Positions 1 through 7,242 of a DNA stretch of 20,000 nt are shown in pieces. Position 1 is the first letter of the stretch. Each line of letters opens with the position of its first letter. The notes below the pieces were generated by a model. The model ran no database searches. It was given only the letters and a program-made list of their open reading frames with translations, and had not been told where the DNA came from. The position numbers and the translations under genes are program-made. Source of the stretch: an uncultured virus (IMG/VR IMGVR_UViG_3300032328_000910) (lineage: Duplodnaviria; Heunggongvirae; Uroviricota; Caudoviricetes; Crassvirales); the IMG/VR virus record IMGVR_UViG_3300032328_000910, one strand, 5' to 3'.

Positions 1-83
1 AAGGCGATGACGATGATGAAGAAGAGGGTGCTGAAGAATTGTTCTCTGCCCCAAAAACCGAAGCTAAACCTAAAAAGAAATAG
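1..83 (+). CDS. 3' end of an upstream gene with an acidic then basic tail (...GDDDDEEEGAEELFSAPKTEAKPKKK*)
   Basis: Open frame from position 3 to TAG at 81-83, followed by a terminator hairpin. Confidence 0.75.
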   Translation, partial: GDDDDEEEGAEELFSAPKTEAKPKKK

Positions 84-102
84 CTTAGGTATGTAACTAT
101 TA

Positions 103-136
103 AAGCCCGTACACATTAGTGTGCGGGTTATTTTTT
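103..136 (+). terminator. Rho-independent terminator
   Basis: GCCCGTACAC-ATTA-GTGTGCGGGT stem-loop (with G-U pairs) followed by TATTTTTT. Confidence 0.85.
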
Positions 137-161
137 AATCGGCTTATAATTTATCAAACAT

Positions 162-728
162 ATGAAACTCGAAATCAGATTCCAATTCCCTGTTACTATC
201 CAATTTCAACCTCTTAGAGGTATATTAGCAATAGATGCTGCACGTAATGTAGCTAATTGTAAACTTGATATTGGTCGTATTTCAAATACTATAAACAAAC
301 GTGATAGTATTTTAGTAGAAATAACTGAAGACATTGCAAGAACTGCACCTCAATTTAATAACAGCAATTACGCTGTTATTCAAATTAAATGTCTTTACGT
401 CAATGAAAATGAAGAAGCTCTCACTTGCTTTGAAGAATATGGATTTGTATCTCATACTTCATTTGTAACAAGAGATGCAAGTACAGATGAAGTTCTCAAA
501 GTTGACCTTATGCCTATGCCTGATGAAGAAGCGATTCTTAAGTTTTGGATTGCAAACGGTTGCCCTAATAGCATAACACTTCAAACTATAGCTTATCATA
601 ATAACCGCGAACGTATTAAAGCTGCACAAATAGCTGTTGATATTTATCGCGATGATAATGTGGACGATGTAGAAGAAGATGAAGATGATTACGATTCTTA
701 TGGAGAGGATGACGCGAATGAAGATTAA
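162..728 (+). CDS. Hypothetical phage protein with acidic C-terminal tail
   Basis: 188-aa ORF with an A-rich leader, flanked by terminators. No recognisable motif. Confidence 0.75.
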   Translation: MKLEIRFQFPVTIQFQPLRGILAIDAARNVANCKLDIGRISNTINKRDSILVEITEDIARTAPQFNNSNYAVIQIKCLYVNENEEALTCFEEYGFVSHTSFVTRDASTDEVLKVDLMPMPDEEAILKFWIANGCPNSITLQTIAYHNNRERIKAAQIAVDIYRDDNVDDVEEDEDDYDSYGEDDANED

Positions 729-748
729 TTAGTGTATTGTTTTATCAT

Positions 749-779
749 TACCCTGCACATCACAGTGTAGGGTATTTTT
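749..779 (+). terminator. Rho-independent terminator
   Basis: TACCCTGCAC-ATCACA-GTGTAGGGTA followed by TTTTT. Confidence 0.85.
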
Positions 780-814
780 CTAATCGGCTTGCACATCGTA
801 ATATACCACTGTTC

Positions 815-951
815 TGTACACAGCGCAGACCCAATCTAAACGTAGGGTCGAACCATAAACTTAACCGACTACTAAGTATTGATGTACACAGCGGTAACGA
901 GTGGTATAACCATAACGTTAACCACCTACTAAGGTTTGCGAGCAAACAGCG
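815..951 (+). repeat. Degenerate direct repeats
   Basis: TGTACACAGCG at 815-825 and 883-893. AACCATAAACTTAACCGACTACTAAG (851-876) vs AACCATAACGTTAACCACCTACTAAG (908-933), 22/26 identical. Confidence 0.8.
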
Positions 952-1245
952 CGGTGCGAACGCTACGCTATGTATTTGCGCAGCAGGGTAAATTATTCTC
1001 GGCAGCTAAATTTGGATGAAACTGTTTATTATATTATATGTCAAGTTGTGCTTGGTTGCGCAGCTCTATATATTATACTATATGGTTGTAGTTCTATCTA
1101 TGGTCGCGCAGCTAATACTAAATAATTTACAGCTTCGCATCCACATTGTCGTCATTAAGCTATACATAGTAGGCATATCAGTCATTGTACAGATACTATG
1201 CCTAACAATGCAAAGCCAAATGTAAAAGACAATTTAGATAGGATT

Positions 1246-1272
1246 TTAGGTAAAATATTAGGTAAAATATTA
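1246..1272 (+). repeat. 12-bp tandem repeat TTAGGTAAAATA x2.25
   Basis: Read directly from the sequence. Confidence 0.9.
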
Positions 1273-1318
1273 AGCCGTAGGATTGATTATTGTATTAAGG
1301 TAATAGGTAATTAGAGTG

Positions 1319-1360
1319 TAGGTGTTGCGCTGCGCGTAGCTCTTCGAGCTACTCCACCTA
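1319..1360. other. Nested hairpin at the centre of the composition switch
   Basis: GTAGCTC-TTC-GAGCTAC (1336-1352; C-GAA-G loop on the minus strand) inside an outer TAGGTG/CACCTA pair. GCGC-T-GCGC at 1327-1335. Confidence 0.8.
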
Positions 1361-1578
1361 TTTCTACAAATCTCAAGCCTACCACACATAATAATATAAC
1401 CTAAACTCAATCTAAACCTAAACATCTACTCAATTCTAACAACTACAATCCTCAAAAACTTAACAATATAAGTGTCTAAACAACTACACTTATAACAATC
1501 GCCTGCAATCCAAACTCTACAATTCCAACACTTAATAACTACGCTCTTAATCCTACTAACTCTTAAAACAACATTCAC

Positions 1579-1794
1579 ATGAATATCCACGAAGCTAAAC
1601 AACAACCTAACGGAACTCTTTTTAAACAACCAAACCACACTACAATTTGGATGGTTCGTAATGATAATCTAATAGCAATAGTTAATGGTACAGTTGACTT
1701 TGCTAATTTTGAATTAGAAATCATTAAAGATGTACCACCATCTGAACATAAACCTGAAAGTACATATATTACTTCACTTAGACTTTGGTTATAA
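1579..1794 (+). CDS. Small hypothetical protein, paralog of the N-terminus of 2571-2909
   Basis: Shared motif PxGTLFxQP..TTIW; A-rich leader. Confidence 0.75.
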   Translation: MNIHEAKQQPNGTLFKQPNHTTIWMVRNDNLIAIVNGTVDFANFELEIIKDVPPSEHKPESTYITSLRLWL

Positions 1795-1795
1795 C

Positions 1796-2569
1796 ATGAT
1801 TAACGAACAACTCGAAGCTGCTGTATTAGCTCTTAGAAAAGAGTACAATAAGCACATTACATTCGTAGATGATAATACATACAGCGAAATAATGGAAAAC
1901 TTAATTAAAGTTTCAAATCTTATTACCAGTAATGACGAAACTAACATCGAAATTGCATTCATGCTTATGCAGCAAGTATTACCCGACAATGTAAATGACG
2001 CAATAGCTGAGATTGTAAATACTCAACTAATACACAATCGTTACGAAGATAAAACATTACTTATTGCCACTGATAACTACCAAAACCAATGGCACGATGA
2101 ATATTCATTTAAAGGGTTTATGAAACATGATGTGTATCAATCTCCAATTCCTTTTATTCAAATAGAACTTAGCCATACAAGCTATCAAGCTAAATGTTTT
2201 AAAAAGAATGGTAAAGATATGGGTATAATTCGATTTGACAGTTACACTGTAATCTCCATGCAAATCTTCTTCAAGATTGGAGAATATAACTACGCTGAGT
2301 TCGAACTATACTATCCAATTGTTTATCATTTTAATTGCCAAACTCACGGAAAAGATGAACCTCGACTTACAGATGAGATATTCTCTTCTGCTGCAAGTTG
2401 TCAATTACAAACTGATATTAGACAAGCTATAACTGTTGTAACTAACCAAGTAGGTAAGATTAAAGATATTGACATCAAAGTCCTACCATTTAGTTATGAC
2501 ATTGCAGGTAACACCAGCAAACTTGAACCCTATACACTCGAAATCTTAAACCAAATAACACTCTACTAA
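1796..2569 (+). CDS. Hypothetical phage protein
   Basis: Long ORF. The ATG at 1796 (TAA-C-ATG junction) is preferred over the 1730 start, which overlaps the upstream gene. Confidence 0.75.
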   Translation: MINEQLEAAVLALRKEYNKHITFVDDNTYSEIMENLIKVSNLITSNDETNIEIAFMLMQQVLPDNVNDAIAEIVNTQLIHNRYEDKTLLIATDNYQNQWHDEYSFKGFMKHDVYQSPIPFIQIELSHTSYQAKCFKKNGKDMGIIRFDSYTVISMQIFFKIGEYNYAEFELYYPIVYHFNCQTHGKDEPRLTDEIFSSAASCQLQTDIRQAITVVTNQVGKIKDIDIKVLPFSYDIAGNTSKLEPYTLEILNQITLY

Positions 2570-2570
2570 C

Positions 2571-2909
2571 ATGAACAGATTAAAAGCACAGAAAGAACCA
2601 ATTGGCACTCTATTTATGCAACCAGGTGGTTATACCACTATATGGGTAAATACAAACCAAGGACTATATGTCTTTGAAGGCGGAACAACAGGAAATCTCA
2701 ATGATTACCATATTGTTACAATGGACGAACTTACATTGCACATTAAAGATATACTAGAATCTGAATATATTACTACAGGTATTAAGTTAAGTATCATTAA
2801 TTGGCAAAATGCACTTAAACTTAAAGAAGCGTTTAAAGAAGGTGATGAATTGTACTATGAAGCTATTACTAAACTTATCACTTACGATGTAAATGCCGAA
2901 AACAAATAA
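2571..2909 (+). CDS. Hypothetical protein, paralog of 1579-1794
   Basis: MNRLKAQKEPIGTLFMQPGGYTTIW matches MNIHEAKQQPNGTLFKQPNHTTIW; TAA-C-ATG junction. Confidence 0.75.
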   Translation: MNRLKAQKEPIGTLFMQPGGYTTIWVNTNQGLYVFEGGTTGNLNDYHIVTMDELTLHIKDILESEYITTGIKLSIINWQNALKLKEAFKEGDELYYEAITKLITYDVNAENK

Positions 2910-2917
2910 TTAAGAAT

Positions 2918-2966
2918 TAAGCTGTTAAACAGCTTATATATCAAATATTATTTGTATCTTTACAGT
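2918..2966 (+). promoter_or_regulatory. Putative Bacteroidota-like promoter (-7 box variant TATCTTTA) with an upstream 19-bp palindrome
   Basis: TATCTTTACAGT at 2955-2966 is identical to 14858-14869. TAAGCTGTT-A-AACAGCTTA at 2918-2936 covers the expected -33 region. Confidence 0.5.
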
Positions 2967-2974
2967 CCAACAAC

Positions 2975-3026
2975 CGGAAAAGTAGCCAAATTAAGGGCAG
3001 AAACCCCGATTTTAGCTACTTTTTCG
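2975..3026 (+). other. Long stem-loop in the predicted 5' leader (attenuator or small RNA candidate)
   Basis: CGGAAAAGTAGC (2975-2986) pairs with GCTACTTTTTCG (3015-3026); inner GGG/CCC stem. Confidence 0.55.
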
Positions 3027-3102
3027 CTAAAGTGAACACTTACTATTAACCAACGGCGGAAAGCTTTAAAACGGCTATTCCCTGTAATAAAGAACTGGCA
3101 AT

Positions 3103-3549
3103 ATGGGCTATTTTATTGAATCCCTTACAGACAAAACTAACAATATAACTAAGACTGTAACTAAGTCTAAAGTTAAATTTTTAGAAGAACTAACTGAAGA
3201 AGTTGAACGTAAACCTCGTACTACATACAAACGTATGCGAGAAGTTATTACATTTCAACTCCCTTTTATTACAGGGAAACAGCGAGATACACTAACCAAA
3301 GTACGCAACTTTCCAACAGTGACTAAAACTATCAGCCACCGTAACAACGTACTTATTATTGAAAAGCTCATTCAAGATGAAAAAATTGAATGTCTATTTA
3401 ATGATTTAGCTAAACCTCGCATTACAGTTGGTCAAAATGGTTACTGCATCGACTACGACATTATTGTAATTACAGTTCGCTTTGTAGGTACTGATAAACA
3501 AATCAGTATTAGTCACAATGGAGAACTAATATTGCGGTCAAAACCCTGA
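3103..3549 (+). CDS. Hypothetical basic protein
   Basis: 148-aa ORF sharing an RTTYK motif with the next gene. Confidence 0.7.
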   Translation: MGYFIESLTDKTNNITKTVTKSKVKFLEELTEEVERKPRTTYKRMREVITFQLPFITGKQRDTLTKVRNFPTVTKTISHRNNVLIIEKLIQDEKIECLFNDLAKPRITVGQNGYCIDYDIIVITVRFVGTDKQISISHNGELILRSKP

Positions 3550-3572
3550 AATTCTTATATATTAGGGGCTTA

Positions 3573-3677
3573 TAAGTCGTTGATAATCAATAAGTTACGA
3601 CCGATTTTTTCCGTCCTGCGCGGAAAATTTGCACGCGCTACGCGGAAAAACCCGACCACGAACCGTTATTTAATAAC
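3573..3677. promoter_or_regulatory. Cluster of candidate protein-binding sites (iteron- or operator-like) upstream of the RepL-like gene
   Basis: Imperfect palindrome TAAGTCGTTGAT-A-ATCAATAAGTTA (3573-3597). CT(G/A)CGCGGAAAA at 3616-3627 and 3638-3649 (22-bp period). Inverted TTTTCCG at 3607-3613. GTTATT-T-AATAAC at 3665-3677. Confidence 0.5.
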
Positions 3678-3693
3678 CAACATAATACTGTAA

Positions 3694-4191
3694 GTGAAGA
3701 AAACAATCAACCCCAGCTTACTAATCTACTTACATAATCAAGACAATCTAATTGGTGATGCAATTAAACCTGTATCTAAGATTAAGACTAATAGCTTACC
3801 TGCTGAAATAGCTAATGAAATTTCAGAAGAACAGCTTGAAGCTTGGAAGTGTAAGGCTCGTACTACATATAAGACACAGTTTGTCTACGAGTTTACAGAT
3901 TATCCGTACCGCGTACTTAATGAACTTGGTATGAAAGCTTATGGGTTTATTAAACATCATAAGCTTAAATTCCATAGTGACGAGTTTACGCTTAGCATTG
4001 AAGACATTATGACCGAACTATCTATAAAGAAGACAGCAGCCTACAATGTAATTAAGCATCTACTTGATGCAAAGATTATATTTAAGACTGATTACAAAGA
4101 TGTATTTTATATCAATGTGCTGATAGTCTTTAAAGGTAACATAAAGAGGTTGTTAGATACCAAATTAAGTAATGATAAATTAATCCGCTAA
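3694..4191 (+). CDS. RepL-like (plasmid replication protein family) winged helix-turn-helix protein
   Basis: C-terminal HTH-wing pattern LSIEDIMTELSIKKTAAYNVIKHLLDAKII...FYINVLIVFKGN resembles the RepL Y-x-I-N-P-x-x-x-F-K-G end. GTG start. Confidence 0.65.
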   Translation: MKKTINPSLLIYLHNQDNLIGDAIKPVSKIKTNSLPAEIANEISEEQLEAWKCKARTTYKTQFVYEFTDYPYRVLNELGMKAYGFIKHHKLKFHSDEFTLSIEDIMTELSIKKTAAYNVIKHLLDAKIIFKTDYKDVFYINVLIVFKGNIKRLLDTKLSNDKLIR

Positions 4192-4673
4192 TGAAAAGCA
4201 TGATACGTAAACTAACGAATGATTTATTACATAAGCTAAAGAGTAAAGTTACACTTCATGTTAAAGATACTATAACTAAAGATAATCCATACCCACATGG
4301 TTTTTATTTTTATAGTGTTAAACTTGGTGAAGAAGTTGATTTTGTAGGTGGTTATTTTAATGCATATAAAAGTGCTATTATGACTACTCCATTTGATTAT
4401 GTATATTGTGTAGCTGTTAATAAACATATTACTTATGAACTGTTTAAAAAGACAGTTCTAAAGTTTGAATATGAATGGCAATGGCTTGAAGTTCGACGAT
4501 TTGACCACGCTATTCGCAATAGTGTAAGTAAAAAACAGTATGAATTGCAAACTGAACTTGCATTTCAAAAATACAAACAAATATTTGACGATACATTAAC
4601 TCGTGAAGTATTCGACGATTACCTACAAATAGTGAACAGCATAGAAATCTTAAATTTATTAAAACAAATTTAA
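4191..4673 (+). CDS. Hypothetical phage protein
   Basis: 160-aa ORF with a TAATG stop/start overlap. Confidence 0.7.
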   Translation: MKSMIRKLTNDLLHKLKSKVTLHVKDTITKDNPYPHGFYFYSVKLGEEVDFVGGYFNAYKSAIMTTPFDYVYCVAVNKHITYELFKKTVLKFEYEWQWLEVRRFDHAIRNSVSKKQYELQTELAFQKYKQIFDDTLTREVFDDYLQIVNSIEILNLLKQI

Positions 4674-4675
4674 GT

Positions 4676-5083
4676 GTGAATACGCTTATAACTCTTTTAA
4701 GCCAAAGAAGTCAAAAAGCAAATAAGGTTCTCGGTGCATGGTATAATGAACGACAGTTTACATTACCATTTACTGACTTTCTTATGCTTGACAATGTACA
4801 CCTACAAGTAGGAGTCTTTAAGCAATTCTTTATTAGTCGATATAACGTCGACATAGAGTATTCGCATAGAGGTTATTCTATTGCAGCTGCTCAACAGCTA
4901 AGTAAATATGAAGATGACTTCCGTTATAATAAACGTGACGGAGTTTACTATATTGAATATAACTATTCAATTCTAAGTACTGCACCTGATGATTATCTCA
5001 CTTCAATTGAGAAAGAAACTGAATATTGGCTTATTAAAAGCGTGTTGTCCGCAATGGAGTGGATAGATGCTGGAATTACATAA
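4676..5083 (+). CDS. Hypothetical phage protein
   Basis: 135-aa ORF with a GTG start, tightly packed between neighbours. Confidence 0.7.
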   Translation: MNTLITLLSQRSQKANKVLGAWYNERQFTLPFTDFLMLDNVHLQVGVFKQFFISRYNVDIEYSHRGYSIAAAQQLSKYEDDFRYNKRDGVYYIEYNYSILSTAPDDYLTSIEKETEYWLIKSVLSAMEWIDAGIT

Positions 5084-5093
5084 CACAATAAAA

Positions 5094-6686
5094 ATGGACT
5101 TTAATAAACTTCTTGACGACAAAAAAGCTCTTGAACTTCAACAACCTAATCAGCTATCTGCTGATGAAGTTGAAGAAGAGATAGATGCCATTCAGCTAAA
5201 CGAATGTCAAGAACTTGCAGTTCAAGATATAGTCGGTTGGGCTTACACTAAAGGTGGTAGCTCATGGACTCTATCAGGTGCTGCCGGTACAGGCAAAACA
5301 TTTGTTACTAATGTTATTCTTAAACAAATCCGACAAAGTGCTATATGTGTTAGTGCACCTACGCATAAGGCTAAAAAAATAGTTGGAGATGTTACAGGGT
5401 ATCATGCTGAAACCCTACAAGCTCTATTAGGTCTTGCACCTAATCAAGACGTTGAAGATTTTGACATCAATCGCGCTAAGTTTGACCAAAAGAACAAAGC
5501 AAAGATTAAAAACTACAGCTTCATAGTAATAGATGAAGCCTCGATGATAGGTAAGGACTTGTTCAACCTATTAATGAAAGAAGCTAAGGAATGTGGGTGC
5601 AAGATTCTATTTGTAGGTGACCACATACAACTACCGCCTATTGGTGAAGAGATAAGTCCTGTATTTATCCCTAATCAAACAGCTGGTATTAGTGTTCTTA
5701 AGACACCTGCAAGACAGAAACCAAGTAATCCTGCAAGTATGCTACTGATAGCATTAAGAATAGATATAGATATAGCTCAAGCTAATAATCTATTTCCATA
5801 TCTTGAGATTGCTATTCTATTGTTTGGCGGTAATAATACAGATGTACTCAATGCTCGTAATGCAATTCGCGGTCATGGTGTATTTCGCACTCTAATCAAT
5901 CGTTTTCCTGAATTATGGAATAACGGTGAAGGATACAAACGATTTACAGATGCGGTTGATTTTGCAGATGCGATAAAAGAACTGTACAGTAATGTAAATC
6001 CAAGTGATTTTGATTATATTAAAATGCTCGCTTTCACTAATAAGCGTGTAAGTGAATATAATCGCGCTCTTAGAGATATTGTACTGAAGAACCCTGAAAA
6101 GCCGATAGTAGTTGGAGATATTCTTATTTCTTATACTACCATTAGTAAGTACCCTGAAAAATCGAATGTAGTTGTAAACTCTGAAGAATATACAGTTGTA
6201 TCTGTCGAAGAGTTTGAAACTTCATTTGGTATTGACGTATTTGCTGTTGGTATGGAAACTGATAAAGGTGTCCGTACTGACATTAATATAGTCAAAGAAG
6301 AGGCGTATAAGCTCTTCAATATGACTCATAATGTGTGGCTTGATAGAGGAAAAACTAAACGTGATTGGGTAGGTTACTATAAGTTCAAACATGGACATTT
6401 AGTTATGGATAGTCTTAACGACATCTTTAAGACTAAAGACCTGCCTAAGAAAGATGTTGATTACAACTATGCTCTTACAGTGCATAAATCGCAAGGGTCT
6501 ACATATACCCATGCTTGTATTGATGGAAATAACATACGCGAAGCCTACACCTTTGCTAAGTCAGCTAAAGAAATGGAAGGTGGATGGACTGAAAAAGAAG
6601 AGCTTAATGCTCGCCTCTTTACACTTCGACTTATGTATGTAGCATTTAGTCGTGCTAAAGAGAGTGTTAGAATCATATTATCATAA
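5094..6686 (+). CDS. SF1B Dda/RecD-like 5'-3' DNA helicase
   Basis: Motifs GAAGTGKT, APTHKA, IDEASM, GDHIQLPP, AFTNK, YALTVHKSQGSTY, YVAFSRA. Start 5094 avoids overlap with the upstream gene. Confidence 0.92.
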   Translation: MDFNKLLDDKKALELQQPNQLSADEVEEEIDAIQLNECQELAVQDIVGWAYTKGGSSWTLSGAAGTGKTFVTNVILKQIRQSAICVSAPTHKAKKIVGDVTGYHAETLQALLGLAPNQDVEDFDINRAKFDQKNKAKIKNYSFIVIDEASMIGKDLFNLLMKEAKECGCKILFVGDHIQLPPIGEEISPVFIPNQTAGISVLKTPARQKPSNPASMLLIALRIDIDIAQANNLFPYLEIAILLFGGNNTDVLNARNAIRGHGVFRTLINRFPELWNNGEGYKRFTDAVDFADAIKELYSNVNPSDFDYIKMLAFTNKRVSEYNRALRDIVLKNPEKPIVVGDILISYTTISKYPEKSNVVVNSEEYTVVSVEEFETSFGIDVFAVGMETDKGVRTDINIVKEEAYKLFNMTHNVWLDRGKTKRDWVGYYKFKHGHLVMDSLNDIFKTKDLPKKDVDYNYALTVHKSQGSTYTHACIDGNNIREAYTFAKSAKEMEGGWTEKEELNARLFTLRLMYVAFSRAKESVRIILS

Positions 6687-6708
6687 CCTAATAAACAATC
6701 TATTAATT

Positions 6709-7203
6709 ATGTACGTAGCTATTGTTGTAAATGACACTATTCACGTTTCAAAACAAGACCCAATAGAAAAAATTGATGCTGTAATTGCGGCGTTAAATTC
6801 TAATCCATATCGTGAAGGAGCTTATGCTAAAAACATTGAGGACGCAATTATTCGTCTTAAAGACGTAAAAACTATCGGTGTTACTGAAAAAATTTTCTTA
6901 CGTGACAATTGTAATATTCTTTGCAGCACTCTTAAAAGTGATAAAGAAGGTACTATTGTCGCAGTGAGTAATTTTGAAACTTTCATTGACATTCACATTC
7001 AAAATCGCACTGAAGACCTTTTTGATGCCGCATTTGCAGTAATGAAAGACCACTTCAATTACGAAACTGTTGAGGAAATCTACAACGAGTTTATTCAATT
7101 ACGTAACAGTCTTACTGACGAAGACCCTGCACTTCAAATTGAAGACCTTGAAACAATTGCTTTTGATTATGGCATATTGGTCACAGCTGCAATGCTGTAT
7201 TAA
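6709..7203 (+). CDS. Hypothetical acidic protein
   Basis: ORF; the ATG at 6709 follows an AT-rich leader and is preferred to 6652. Confidence 0.7.
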   Translation: MYVAIVVNDTIHVSKQDPIEKIDAVIAALNSNPYREGAYAKNIEDAIIRLKDVKTIGVTEKIFLRDNCNILCSTLKSDKEGTIVAVSNFETFIDIHIQNRTEDLFDAAFAVMKDHFNYETVEEIYNEFIQLRNSLTDEDPALQIEDLETIAFDYGILVTAAMLY

Positions 7204-7242
7204 TACTAATCACAATTCCGACCGAAATCATTTTATTAATCA

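Larger units (their letters stand above)
780..1578. other. Long non-coding structured region; candidate replication origin or ssDNA signal region
   Basis: The only large gap in coding. Contains degenerate direct repeats, a GCGNAGC cluster, several inverted repeats and a mirror-image compositional switch at the 1336-1352 hairpin. Confidence 0.5.

Noticed and set aside
1007..1014. TAAATTTG match to the Bacteroidota -7 box
   Set aside because: No TTTG at the 19-21-nt spacing and no credible downstream gene; such matches are common in AT-rich DNA.
815..1140. CRISPR mini-array
   Set aside because: Repeats are few, degenerate and irregularly spaced, with no identical repeat-spacer periodicity and no cas genes in the window.
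737..1225. ORFs 737-991, 760-945 and the hydrophobic 1016-1225
   Set aside because: They overlap a terminator, repeats and hairpins and have atypical composition. The hydrophobicity of 1016-1225 follows from T-rich sequence. A small membrane peptide cannot be fully excluded.
1426..1638. Minus-strand 70-aa ORF over the G-poor tract
   Set aside because: Artefact of compositional skew; it opposes the gene direction and overlaps the 1579 gene.
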